The notes below the pieces were generated by a model, which saw only the letters and a list, made by a program, of their open reading frames with translations, had not been told where the DNA came from and did not search any database. DNA of 61,134 nt, filler included, from an uncultured bacterium (GTDB taxonomy: Bacteria; Hinthialibacterota; Hinthialibacteria; Hinthialibacterales; Hinthialibacteraceae), in assembly GCA_964449065.1 (NCBI GenBank). It is 2 parts of 2 records of this genome, joined end to end, with 100 filler letters (N's around TTAATTAATTAA, not from the genome) between each part and the next. Parts side by side here need not be neighbours in the genome. Positions count along the whole stretch, not along the records: positions 1 to 31,241 come from CAYVAZ010000016.1; 1 more part is not named here. One strand, 5' to 3'. Below are positions 1-9,348 of this stretch, one piece after another. The position numbers and the translations under genes were made by a program. Position 1 is the first letter of the stretch. Each line of letters starts with the position of its first letter.

Positions 1-99
1 ACAATCAAAACTCAATCTCTAAATCAAATTACACTTAATTATCACTATCGTTAACAGTTTATTTTGCCTCGTCAAAAAATAACGGCTGGCTATCCGTTG

Positions 100-130
100 T
101 CCCCCCTTGTTAAGGGGGCTAGGGGGGATC
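100..130. repeat. Short palindromic intergenic repeat (CCCCCCTTGTTAAGGGGGCTAGGGGGGATC type)
   Basis: CCCCCTT/AAGGGGG inverted repeat followed by a G-run. A weaker look-alike lies at about 4641-4661. Confidence 0.5.
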
Positions 131-309
131 AATCCCCGTCAATAAATCGTTGACACAGTACTAGCGTGAGTTTACGAGTTAGCAAAATATGATTTTGTAA
201 GATGTTGGAATATNNNNNNNNNNACCCGAAATGAGCCTTAACCGACTCAGTTCTAAAACAATTAAAAAAATTCCTGTATTTCAATTCTTTCTATAAATCT
301 AAGTTGGTC

Positions 310-339
310 TACAATATAGCAATAATTGTTCAAAGTCAA
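310..339 (-). promoter_or_regulatory. Putative sigma70 promoter pointing toward the 214-223 gap
   Basis: Minus strand reads TTGACT-17 nt-TATTGT in AT-rich DNA. Confidence 0.35.
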
Positions 340-380
340 TACCTCAAAAAAATAAATATAAAAATGCAATATTTGTTTAC

Positions 381-461
381 GCCCGGCAGATTGTGGAACA
401 ATACGTGATCCACTACAACACCGTTCGGCTGCACAGCGCAATTGGCAACCTCACGCCGCAA
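381..461 (+). pseudogene. IS3-family transposase C-terminal fragment
   Basis: Translates as ARQIVEQYVIHYNTVRLHSAIGNLTP, matching the IS3 integrase-core YNxxRxHSxLGxxTP motif. No full ORF. Confidence 0.75.
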
Positions 462-504
462 TATAATACGGATTCAAATAAATTCTATTGATTCCTCCAT
501 AAAA

Positions 505-529
505 GGGGAACATCGGCTTCCAGCCGGTA
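505..529 (+). repeat. REP-like repeat family B, copy 1
   Basis: GGGGAACATCGGCTTCCAGCCGGTA. Related copies at 3048, 25841, 37914 and 46102. Confidence 0.8.
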
Positions 530-655
530 CCGCACACCGCCTATTATTTCATTGAAGCGGTATAATTTAATATCGTGCAATTCGTGCGATTGCCAAGGCA
601 TGAAAGAATTGATCTAACAATTGCAGAGCAATATCCTATGCTTGCCTAGATTTAA

Positions 656-1954
656 TTACGCCACCAGCATACAGCACTTCTTATATTTTTTTCCACTGCC
701 GCAAGGGCAGGGATCATTTCGTCCAATCCCTTGCGCTTCGGCATAGCTCCGTAGTTCGTTCTGTTGTTGGGCGAAATACTCTTGTTCTTCACGCTGGCGG
801 TCGGCAATCCATTGATCGGCCAACCGTTGCAAATCATTGTGAGCGTGTGCGAAGAACATCTTAAACGATTCGCAGAAGTGGTTCGATCCATTGTCTGCCG
901 GGTCGCGGATACGGTCTTTGGTACAGCCGCCCTGGCAATAGCGCAGCCATTCGCATTCCGGGCATTCCGGCGGTAAATCTGACTTCATACAACCGAATTG
1001 GTTCTGATGATCGCTGTTTAAGAAGTCAACAATCCGGCCTTCCATCAGGTTGCCCAAGCGCCAATCGTCTTCCACAAAAAAGTCGCAGGAATAAATATCG
1101 CCGTTGTGTTCGACCACCACATAGCAGCCGCACTCCTTCAGCAGGGTGCAATCCGGTGGAGCCATATCTACATACAAATGAAATACCGAATCGAAATAAC
1201 GCACCGAGGTGGTAGGCAAATCGCCGTTAAAATCTTTCTTCCAGCAATCGAAGATGCGGCACAAGAATTCGCCGTATTGCTCAGCTGAGACTGAAAACGG
1301 GGCGGCTTTGGAGGGATCACGGGGATCGCGCTCCACACAGGGGATGAACTGCATAAACTCAAAGCCCAAGTCTTTGTGGAAATCGTATATTTCTTCCGGA
1401 TGTTGGGCGGAATAATCGTTCACAACCACCAACGCGTTGGTCGCTACCCCCCGGTCTAGCAATCGTTTGGCGGTATCATGCACCTTTGCCCAAGATGTAC
1501 CGCCGCCTTTGGTGATGCGGTAATGGTCATGGATGTGTTCCGGGCCGTCTAAGGATAAGCCGATGAGAAAGTTGTAGCGGTTAAAGAACTGGCACCATTC
1601 ATCGGAAATGAGAACACCGTTGGTTTGGAAGCCGTTGCCCACGTTTTGGCCGTCGCGCCCGTATTTTTGCTGAAATTCCACCGCTTTTTTGTAGAAATCG
1701 AGACCGAGAAGCGTCGGTTCGCCGCCTTGCCAGCCGAAGGACAAATCGTTGCCGCCCGACTGCATCACCTGCTTGACCATCTCTTCCATCACTTCGACGG
1801 ACATGCGGTGCTTTTTCTGTTCGGGATACAGTTCCGCCTTTTCCAAATAAAAGCAGTAGATACAATCCAGGTTACAGTCAGCGCCCGAAGGCTTTATCAG
1901 CACCGATTGCAGTGTCTTGGTGTGTTTGGGTTGAAGGACCGGTAGTTCTAACAT
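656..1954 (-). CDS. Anaerobic sulfatase maturase (radical SAM/SPASM) with C-terminal SEC-C motif
   Basis: CNLDCIYCFY radical SAM motif, WQGGEPTL, SPASM cysteines (YSCDFFV, CPECEWLRYCQGGC), and terminal GRNDPCPCGSGKKYKKCC. Confidence 0.92.
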   Translation of the reverse strand: MLELPVLQPKHTKTLQSVLIKPSGADCNLDCIYCFYLEKAELYPEQKKHRMSVEVMEEMVKQVMQSGGNDLSFGWQGGEPTLLGLDFYKKAVEFQQKYGRDGQNVGNGFQTNGVLISDEWCQFFNRYNFLIGLSLDGPEHIHDHYRITKGGGTSWAKVHDTAKRLLDRGVATNALVVVNDYSAQHPEEIYDFHKDLGFEFMQFIPCVERDPRDPSKAAPFSVSAEQYGEFLCRIFDCWKKDFNGDLPTTSVRYFDSVFHLYVDMAPPDCTLLKECGCYVVVEHNGDIYSCDFFVEDDWRLGNLMEGRIVDFLNSDHQNQFGCMKSDLPPECPECEWLRYCQGGCTKDRIRDPADNGSNHFCESFKMFFAHAHNDLQRLADQWIADRQREEQEYFAQQQNELRSYAEAQGIGRNDPCPCGSGKKYKKCCMLVA

Positions 1955-2076
1955 AAGTCTCCCCTTTTTTTAATTCCATAACAGACTAAAACAAATTTCA
2001 AAAAAATGAAAGAACTCTTCCCAAAAACTTTTAGGATTTGTTATACTATTCACAGTTGGTACAAGAGGATGTTACC

Positions 2077-2604
2077 ATGAAATTTTTATATGTCATGTTA
2101 AGTTCCATTTGGGTCTCGTACTCCTGGGTCTGTTACGACGCGCTGCAATGGAAACCGCCGTTTGAAATGCCTCCACACGTCCGTGAAATTTTGGAAACTA
2201 GAAGTCAAGAAGACATCGAGCGCGGTATCCGGCAGGCGCAATTGTATTTGGATTCGGCCAAATTAACCAACTTTCAGCGCGCGGAAGCGAAGCGTGATCT
2301 CGCCACCGGTTACTGGCTGAAAGCCTTCTTCCAAGATTCGCGCAAAACCCAATCGGCGTATTTGCACCTATCGATTCAAGAGTTGGAAGACTATATGAAA
2401 ATCGTTCCGGGCCATAAAAAGGCCAACGGCTGGATGGCGGATGTCTATCACATTCTGCAAGACTATGAAACCGCAGACCGCTATTATAAAGAAGCCCGCA
2501 AACACCACCCGGAAGACCGCTTCTTCCGCATTCGCCACCGCGAAATGAAGCAAAAGTGGGACCGGATGACGCAAGCGAATACGCAGGAAAAAAGGATGGG
2601 TTGA
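2077..2604 (+). CDS. Hypothetical TPR-like protein with hydrophobic N-terminus
   Basis: GAGGA RBS before ATG 2077. Helical TPR-like pattern (MADVYHILQDYETADRYYKEARKHHP). Confidence 0.6.
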   Translation: MKFLYVMLSSIWVSYSWVCYDALQWKPPFEMPPHVREILETRSQEDIERGIRQAQLYLDSAKLTNFQRAEAKRDLATGYWLKAFFQDSRKTQSAYLHLSIQELEDYMKIVPGHKKANGWMADVYHILQDYETADRYYKEARKHHPEDRFFRIRHREMKQKWDRMTQANTQEKRMG

Positions 2605-2811
2605 AGCAGAATCCATCAAGCGGTTTCACGATCCAATTCTGTAATAGAAAAGCAACACCTCAATCCATGCAGGATATACAACAGAGCATGGTTCAATTTG
2701 CTATCGCTGTTTTCCAGCGTGCATTCAATCAAGCGGGACACACAATCTCACAAACAACAAGGACGGATTCTGTCTATCCAACTCTGGAATGCTTTCGTAT
2801 TATATAGGAAG

Positions 2812-2962
2812 AAAAAATTGGGCAGGCGTCAACAAGGAGGAGAATCTCAAGCCGAAAAGGAGTCGGAAAGACCTGAAATTGGGACGCCGCGCCTGCCCCT
2901 CAACCCGAATGGGAACAGCATGTGTTGTGCTTTTGCTTCTTTTTTCACCTCGGGCGTTGCCC
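2812..2962 (-). ncRNA. Candidate structured small RNA with anti-SD motifs
   Basis: Nested stems, some with G-U pairs possible only on the minus strand. CUCCUUUU loop, CUCCUCCUU bulge, U-tail, and an upstream TTTACC-17-CATAGT. Confidence 0.5.
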
Positions 2963-3002
2963 TAGACTATGATAGATAACCTCTTTGGGGTAAATGGTTC
3001 TT

Positions 3003-3152
3003 TAGAGCCGTTTCAGTTTGTGTAGCGGCCCAGGGAACATAACCATTTACCGGCTGGAAGCCGATGCTCCCCGGTTTCAATCATACGTGGCCGCCCCGCT
3101 GTGGGGTAACCACTGGGGGTTACCCCTGCAAAATAAAAGATGAAATCACTCA
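3003..3152. repeat. Composite MITE/REP element downstream of ftsZ
   Basis: TAGAGCCGTTTCAGTTTGTGTAG end, family-B copy at 3048-3072, and a perfect hairpin GGGGTAACC/GGTTACCCC at 3103-3126. Confidence 0.6.
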
Positions 3153-3173
3153 CCTTCTTTTTGCAACTTGGGA

Positions 3174-4487
3174 TTACTTCTTCAAGCTGCTGAAGATGGA
3201 TTTGCCCATGGGCGGCAAGGTTTTGCCTTCGCTTTTGGGACGCTCATCAAATGCGGAGGACGATCCTTTTTCCGCGAACACCAAATCGCCGATGTCATCG
3301 GTATCGCCTTCAACCGTTTCGCTGAAGCCTTTCTTTTCGACATAAGGCAAGGGGGCTTTGAGCGTGGTTTTGCGGTCGCGGGTGGATACATTGGTGCGTT
3401 GGTTATCCGCGATGCGCTTGAGATCGTTGCCTTCACGCTGTTTGGAACCGGTTGCCAAGATGGTGACTTTCATTTCTTCCTGCATAGAGGGATCAATCAC
3501 CACACCGAAGATGATGTTGGCGTCGCCGTCGGCTTGTTCGCGAATGTGGCGGGTGATGGCTTTGTCGATTTCAAGCAGTTTGATGTCTTGGCCAGATGTG
3601 ATGTTGATCAAGATGCCCTTGGCGTCTTGGATGACTTGTTCTTCCATCAATGGGCTGCTGGATGCTTGTTTGAAAGCGATTTCGGCCCGTTCCGCGCCTT
3701 GGCCGTATCCGACCCCCATCACGGCACCGCCGGCGGAATCCATAATGGTCTTGATATCGGCGAAATCCAAATTGATGAGGCCCGGCCGGGTGATCAAATC
3801 GGCGATGGACTGCACGCATTGTTTTAACACACTGTCGGCGACTTTAAATGCATCGATCAGTGTGGTGGTTTCTTCGACCACGGTTACCAAGCGCTGGTTG
3901 GGCACGGTGATAAGGGTATCGACTTTTTTGCGCAGGATTTGCTGGCCTTTTTCGGCATGGTTGCGGCGGATGGAGCCTTCAAACTCAAACGGTTTGGTGG
4001 TAATGGCGACCGATAACGCGCCGAGTTCCTTGACCACGTCTGCTACCACGGATGACGCGCCCGTTCCGGTCCCGCCGCCAAGGCCCGCGGTAATGAAGAC
4101 GAGGTCTGTGCCTTCGAGTTCCTGGCGAATCAAATCGCGGTCTTCGTTGGCGGCTTGTTCACCCAAGATGGGGTTGGCTCCGGTGCCGAGGCCGCGGGTA
4201 ATGCTTTTTCCGATATGAATTTTGCGCGGGGTTTTGGCGCGCTGCAAGGCTTGGACATCGGTGTTCATTACAATGAATTCGACGCCTTCGAGGGAACCGT
4301 CCTGCATGGTGTCTACGGCATTGCTGCCGCCTCCCCCGACACCGACGACGGCGATTTTGGGGCCGCCATCCCCGTGTTCCCCGTTTTCGGGTAGTGTAAA
4401 GTCCATCATGTCATGACTCCTTTCTTCCGTGTGGTGCTGCGGTTGTTCTTCCTGGTAGCCAAAGTTATTGGCAAATTCGATAGTCAT
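3174..4487 (-). CDS. ftsZ: Cell division protein FtsZ
   Basis: VVGVGGGGSNAV, GLGGGTGTG tubulin signature, INLDFAD. GGAGG RBS. Confidence 0.98.
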   Translation of the reverse strand: MTIEFANNFGYQEEQPQHHTEERSHDMMDFTLPENGEHGDGGPKIAVVGVGGGGSNAVDTMQDGSLEGVEFIVMNTDVQALQRAKTPRKIHIGKSITRGLGTGANPILGEQAANEDRDLIRQELEGTDLVFITAGLGGGTGTGASSVVADVVKELGALSVAITTKPFEFEGSIRRNHAEKGQQILRKKVDTLITVPNQRLVTVVEETTTLIDAFKVADSVLKQCVQSIADLITRPGLINLDFADIKTIMDSAGGAVMGVGYGQGAERAEIAFKQASSSPLMEEQVIQDAKGILINITSGQDIKLLEIDKAITRHIREQADGDANIIFGVVIDPSMQEEMKVTILATGSKQREGNDLKRIADNQRTNVSTRDRKTTLKAPLPYVEKKGFSETVEGDTDDIGDLVFAEKGSSSAFDERPKSEGKTLPPMGKSIFSSLKK

Positions 4488-4559
4488 AATGCTCTCCTCC
4501 GGTTTGTTGTATCTATAACAAAGTTGGTTTTCTTTTTTTTCCCAATTGCTTAATATGTG

Positions 4560-4590
4560 CTTCCGGCTCGGCGGGAGCCTCGCCCTCCCA
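4560..4590 (+). repeat. REP-like repeat family A, copy 1
   Basis: CTTCCGGCTCGGCGGGAGCCTCGCCCTCCCA. Related copies at 25765, 27813 and 52009 (reverse). Confidence 0.85.
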
Positions 4591-4665
4591 AAATGACCTA
4601 ACTCCTATTTCATAATTTGCAGCGGGTTCGATTCCCATTACCCCCTTTTAATAAGGGAAGGACAA

Positions 4666-5892
4666 TTAAAACGTGTCGTGAACCCAGCGGACGGCGCCGC
4701 GGATCATGCGTTTGACTCCTCTGCCGTACAGCACCAAATCCTGGTCGCGTTTTTCGTAGCCGAAGTGCAGCAGCCCAATCACGGTTGCATACGACGGGCT
4801 GGTGATCATTTCCTCGTATCCGGCAACGCCGTTTGGGTAGCCGATATGGACTTCCTTGCCGAAGACGGTTCTGGCTTTCTCTTTCATGCCGTCGAGCATG
4901 GATGTACCGCCGGTGATGACGATGCCGGCGTACAGGTCATTCAAAAGATCGCGGGAACGCAAACAGCGCATCACTTCATCCAAAATCTGTTCCACACGGG
5001 CTTCGATAATTTCGCCGAGGCGGCGTTTTTCGACGACCAACGTTCGGCGGTTTTTAAAGCGGACGATTTCGATGGTTTCACCGGAAGCAATGGTTTCGAC
5101 CCAGGCGCTGCCGTTGTATTTTTTGAGATGATCGGCCGTATCTTTCGGGGTTTGGAAGTAATGATTGATGTCGCGGGTGATATCTTCGCCGCCGAGTTCA
5201 ATGGTTTCGGAATGATAGATGCTGCCTTTGTAAAAGACCATGAGCGTTGTGGTTTCACCGCCGATATCGATCAAAGCCACACCGGTTTGTTTCTCTTCTT
5301 CGGATAACACCGAGCAGCTGGAAGCCAGCGGTTGATAGACCAAGTGCTCAACAGTGAAACCGGCCATTTGCATACAGCGGCGGATGTTTTTCAGCACGCT
5401 GTGGCGTCCCACAATCATGTGGATGTCGGTTTCGAGTACGCAGCCTTCCATGCCGGCCGGATCGCGTATTTCGGAAGCTTCATCCAAACGGAACCAGCGG
5501 GGGACGGCTTGGATCACTTCGTAATCTTTGGGGACGGATTTGCGTTTGGCGGATTCGATGCAGCGGTCGATGTCGTCGCGGGTGACGGAACGGCCGTGAT
5601 TGGATAGGACAAGAGAGCCGATGGTATTGGCGCTGTGGATAAATGAGCCGGAAATTCCCGCAACCGTGGAATGGATGTGGGCGTTGGGGATATGACTAAG
5701 CGCTTTATTACACGCACCGCTGATAGAGACGACAAGATCGTCCATATCGACAATGCCATTGGCGCCGAAGCCTGTGCATGGATGAATGCCAATGCCCAGA
5801 ACTTCAATCACTTTCCGTTCGTTTCGCCTTGCCGCGACAGCACAGACTTTCGTCGTACCGATATCCACGGCAAGCATATAATCTAAATCCAT
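4666..5892 (-). CDS. ftsA: Cell division protein FtsA
   Basis: DIGTTKV, LIDIGGETT, IIEARVEQI, GIVITGGTS and an amphipathic C-terminus. Upstream of ftsZ. Confidence 0.96.
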   Translation of the reverse strand: MDLDYMLAVDIGTTKVCAVAARRNERKVIEVLGIGIHPCTGFGANGIVDMDDLVVSISGACNKALSHIPNAHIHSTVAGISGSFIHSANTIGSLVLSNHGRSVTRDDIDRCIESAKRKSVPKDYEVIQAVPRWFRLDEASEIRDPAGMEGCVLETDIHMIVGRHSVLKNIRRCMQMAGFTVEHLVYQPLASSCSVLSEEEKQTGVALIDIGGETTTLMVFYKGSIYHSETIELGGEDITRDINHYFQTPKDTADHLKKYNGSAWVETIASGETIEIVRFKNRRTLVVEKRRLGEIIEARVEQILDEVMRCLRSRDLLNDLYAGIVITGGTSMLDGMKEKARTVFGKEVHIGYPNGVAGYEEMITSPSYATVIGLLHFGYEKRDQDLVLYGRGVKRMIRGAVRWVHDTF

Positions 5893-5912
5893 CTGGGTCC
5901 CTCAACCCGAAT

Positions 5913-6821
5913 TCATAAAGATGAAATCATGCTTGCTTTGTTTTGATATAACTGCTTCCACCGCCCGCCGTCGGATTCATCCCACCGAACGGCAAAGCCG
6001 TGTTTTGGAAACCGCGCGTCGGCATAAATGACGCGCAAATCATGTGATTCTAATACATCCCAGAACTTCGCGATTTTCTTGACCAGATCCGGCGATTGCA
6101 GGTTTCGGAATATCATAGCACCAATTCGCCGTTTTGGATGAAAAATTATACTTTCATTTTGCTGAATTTCACATTCCGCCAGCGCCGAAAAAAACGCGGG
6201 GGCATGCTGTTTTAATTTTTGCAGGAATTGTAGTGTTTCCAATGTGCGGGGATGTGTCAAGGTTTTCCCTAAATATATATCGATTTCTTCGTGAAAGCCA
6301 AGCACAGGGTACGATAGAAATTCCTGCCAATCTTCTTCACGCTTGCGGGAAAAGGTTTGGTTGATATTCGGAACAGCGGCATAAATCACACCGTTTTCAT
6401 CCACGCCGTAAAAACGGTTGTCTTCCGGATTCCAGATGGTGGCGATGGCGTGGCGTTCGATAATGCGGATGTGCAGCCGGTGCGGCGGTATTCGTTGTAC
6501 AAACGCCCGTTCGACAGTGGGGTGATTGGTGACGCGCTGTTGCATGGCGTCTGTATCGACCAGCCAGATGTTGGTGCCGGGCACGATTTCGGCCAGCGAT
6601 TGCAGTTCGTCTTGGGTGATGCGATCGTTGCCCTCAACCGAGATTTCTTTGACGGTGAAATCGGCGGATTGAAAGAAGAAGCGTCCGACATCGATGAGGA
6701 TCAGCATACTGCCCGCCATAATTGCCACCAATACGATAAAACGGCAAAGACCGCGAAACCCATGTTGGAATACTTCGATTAAGCGGGGCAACAGTTTTGG
6801 TTTTTCTTGTTTACGAGCCAT
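5913..6821 (-). CDS. ftsQ: Cell division protein FtsQ/DivIB
   Basis: Single TM helix, POTRA domain (FTVKEISVEGN ... RIPPHRLHIRIIER), YADAR motif, dcw position. Confidence 0.88.
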   Translation of the reverse strand: MARKQEKPKLLPRLIEVFQHGFRGLCRFIVLVAIMAGSMLILIDVGRFFFQSADFTVKEISVEGNDRITQDELQSLAEIVPGTNIWLVDTDAMQQRVTNHPTVERAFVQRIPPHRLHIRIIERHAIATIWNPEDNRFYGVDENGVIYAAVPNINQTFSRKREEDWQEFLSYPVLGFHEEIDIYLGKTLTHPRTLETLQFLQKLKQHAPAFFSALAECEIQQNESIIFHPKRRIGAMIFRNLQSPDLVKKIAKFWDVLESHDLRVIYADARFPKHGFAVRWDESDGGRWKQLYQNKASMISSL

Positions 6822-8223
6822 TGCGCCCCTCCTGTGGGTTTAAAAATTGATTTAAAAACGTTTCTCCGGTTTTCCAGATATCGCCCGCGCCGATGGTGAC
6901 GACGGTATCGCCCCTGTGAGCGGTGCGCGATAGAAAGTAGGGAATTTCATATTGATTGGGGAGATAAACCACCGGAACTTGATTGCGGCGCAATTTTTGA
7001 ACCAGGACTTCGCTGGTAACGGTTGGGTGTTTTTCCTCGCGGGCAGCGTAGATATCCGTAATAACAACCAAATCCAATCCATCAAATGAATGACTGAATT
7101 CATCCATCAATTGTTCGGTACGGGAATACAAATGCGGTTGAAAGACACCGATGAGTTTGCCTTGCGACCGTTCGCGAAACGCTTGTATGGTGGATTGAAT
7201 TTCCACCGGGTGATGCGCGTAATCGTCAAACACTGTGATTCCGTTGCTGCTGCCTTTGGCTTCCATGCGGCGTTTTACACCGGTAAATTTTGATAGCGCG
7301 TTCGCCGCGTCTTCGAAAGGTATGCCCACCGCCTTGGCCGCGGCGATGGCTGCCAAGGCGTTGTGATAATTCATCCGCCCACTGAGAGACATGCGCAAGA
7401 CGCCCTGCATCTCTCCCTCGACGGTTACATCGCAGCGCCAACCCTGGCCGTTGCGGTTGTATTCCGTGCCGTGTATATCTGCACCGGCATGGAAGCCGTA
7501 ACTCAGATAGTTTCTATTGTTGAGTTTCTTTTGTAATGCTGATGTATACCGGCAATCCGCTGAGAGAAGTATCCAACTGTTATCTTTTGTGTTTGCCAGG
7601 AAGTATTCAAACTGCTTTACGATGTCTTCGATACCGCTGTAGTAATCGAGGTGGTCACGGTCGATGTTGTTGACGATAGCGATATCGGGAGTGAAGAGTG
7701 TTAAGGAACCGTCGCTTTCGTCGCCTTCCACGATGGCCCATTCGCCCTTGCCAGTAAGAGCGTTTGAATTGAAGGCGGGGATTTCTCCCCCCGCATAGAC
7801 GGCGGGGTCAAAGCCGCACTCTTTCATCATAACGGCGATTATGGCGGTGACAGTGGTTTTGCCGTGCGCGCCTGAAACGACAATACTTTTTTTATCTTGC
7901 AGCAGGTACGCAAGCATTTCCGCGCGGCGCCAGATGGGGATGCCTTTTTTCGATGCTTCTGCCAGTTCGATATGATTCGGCTTTACCGCTGCGGTGGCGA
8001 TCAGTAAATCCGCGTTTTTGACATTGTGCGCGCTATGGGTGTGTGAGATGTAGACTCCTTGTTTTTGCAAACGTTCTGTGGCTTCGTTTTCGGCGGGGTC
8101 GGAGCCGGAGACGGTATAGCCTCGTCTTAGCAACTCGGGCACGAGCGCACTGACACCGATGCCGCCGATGCCGACACAGTGAATGTGCTTTACATGAGAT
8201 GGGATGACGCGAACGTCTGTCAT
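6811..8223 (-). CDS. murC: UDP-N-acetylmuramate--L-alanine ligase
   Basis: HCVGIGGIGVS, GAHGKTT, EGDESDGS, DDYAHHP, FQPHLYSRT. Confidence 0.97.
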   Translation of the reverse strand: MTDVRVIPSHVKHIHCVGIGGIGVSALVPELLRRGYTVSGSDPAENEATERLQKQGVYISHTHSAHNVKNADLLIATAAVKPNHIELAEASKKGIPIWRRAEMLAYLLQDKKSIVVSGAHGKTTVTAIIAVMMKECGFDPAVYAGGEIPAFNSNALTGKGEWAIVEGDESDGSLTLFTPDIAIVNNIDRDHLDYYSGIEDIVKQFEYFLANTKDNSWILLSADCRYTSALQKKLNNRNYLSYGFHAGADIHGTEYNRNGQGWRCDVTVEGEMQGVLRMSLSGRMNYHNALAAIAAAKAVGIPFEDAANALSKFTGVKRRMEAKGSSNGITVFDDYAHHPVEIQSTIQAFRERSQGKLIGVFQPHLYSRTEQLMDEFSHSFDGLDLVVITDIYAAREEKHPTVTSEVLVQKLRRNQVPVVYLPNQYEIPYFLSRTAHRGDTVVTIGAGDIWKTGETFLNQFLNPQEGRNGS

Positions 8224-9338
8224 TCGTTTTCCTCAAGCATACGGATTAAGTCACGGGCGATTGTTTGCGCCGCATCGCTCCGGGCAAGCGATGCGGCACA
8301 CCCGTGCATATCTTTCCGTTTTCCCTCATTGGTTAACAACCCGGCAAGTTCGTTGGTCAGTGTTTCTGCTGTCAGTTCCGGTTCGCGCAAGAGAATGGCG
8401 GCACCCGATTCTTGCCATTCTTGGGCGTTGCGTTCTTGGTGGTTGCCGCTGGCGTAGGGATAGGGAACCAAAATAGAGGGAATTCTCCATAGCGCGATTT
8501 CAGCCAGAGAACCCGCCCCCGCGCGGCTGATGATGATATCGGTATGGCGGTACGCGTCCGCCATGTTGTCGATAAAGGGAACGAGTTCGATCCGGCCGCT
8601 CCATGGCATTGCTTTTGCCATCTCGAAATTGCGTTCGCCCGTTTGCACGGTTCCGGTGTAGGAAATGTTTTGTTCATCCAATAGTTGAAAGACCGTATTG
8701 GATAGTTCCACTAATTTGCGGGCACCTTGGCTGCCGCCCAAGAGCAGCACATGCGGTACAGTAAGGGATTGTTTCGTTTCTCCATTTGCAGCGGCTTCTA
8801 AAATCGATTTCCGTAATGGAAATCCGGTGACCTTGCAATTGGGATTATTCAGATACTGCTTGCTGCTTTCATACGTGGCATATACTTGATCGCACCGTCT
8901 TGCCAATGTACGGTTCACCAGGCCCGGCAGGGTGTTTTGCTCGTGCAGACAGACCGGCCATCCCAGGCGTTTGCCCGCGATCATGGCCGGGGCGGATACG
9001 TAGCCGCCGACTCCAAACACCACACCGTTTCGGTACATTCTCATCAATCGTTTCGCTTTCGCCACGCCGCGCCAAAACAGCCAGAGCGCTTTCAGGTTTT
9101 CTATCGTGATCCGTCTGCGCAGGCCCATGAGGGGCAACCCCGCAAACGGGATATTTCGTTGTTCGACTTCACGGCGGTCACGTTCCGCGTCCCGCCCGAT
9201 GTACAAAATCTCCTGATCCGGCCTCAGGTCCTGCACGGCTTCCACCACCGCCAAGGCCGGAAACAGGTGGCCGCCTGTGCCGCCGCCGGTTACCACCAGC
9301 AGCGATGATTGCCGCGATAAATACGGTTTCTCATTCAA
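8220..9338 (-). CDS. murG: Lipid II GlcNAc transferase MurG
   Basis: GGGTGGHLFPA, HEQN, GGSQGA, ISRAGA, HQERNA. Confidence 0.97.
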   Translation of the reverse strand: MNEKPYLSRQSSLLVVTGGGTGGHLFPALAVVEAVQDLRPDQEILYIGRDAERDRREVEQRNIPFAGLPLMGLRRRITIENLKALWLFWRGVAKAKRLMRMYRNGVVFGVGGYVSAPAMIAGKRLGWPVCLHEQNTLPGLVNRTLARRCDQVYATYESSKQYLNNPNCKVTGFPLRKSILEAAANGETKQSLTVPHVLLLGGSQGARKLVELSNTVFQLLDEQNISYTGTVQTGERNFEMAKAMPWSGRIELVPFIDNMADAYRHTDIIISRAGAGSLAEIALWRIPSILVPYPYASGNHQERNAQEWQESGAAILLREPELTAETLTNELAGLLTNEGKRKDMHGCAASLARSDAAQTIARDLIRMLEENE

Positions 9339-9348
9339 GACAATCCTC

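Noticed and set aside
2556..3345. Short ORFs between the TPR gene and ftsZ, and those at 25653-26074 and 52003-52239
   Set aside because: They run across repeats and hairpins, lack clear RBSs and show no protein motifs.
3168..4218. Long plus-strand ORFs (219 and 286 aa) opposite ftsZ, and similar ones opposite groEL, ppdK, prfA and acs
   Set aside because: Antisense shadows of conserved genes with no recognisable motifs.
4620..4640. GGGTTCGATTCCC resembling a tRNA T-arm
   Set aside because: No acceptor, D or anticodon arms can be built around it.
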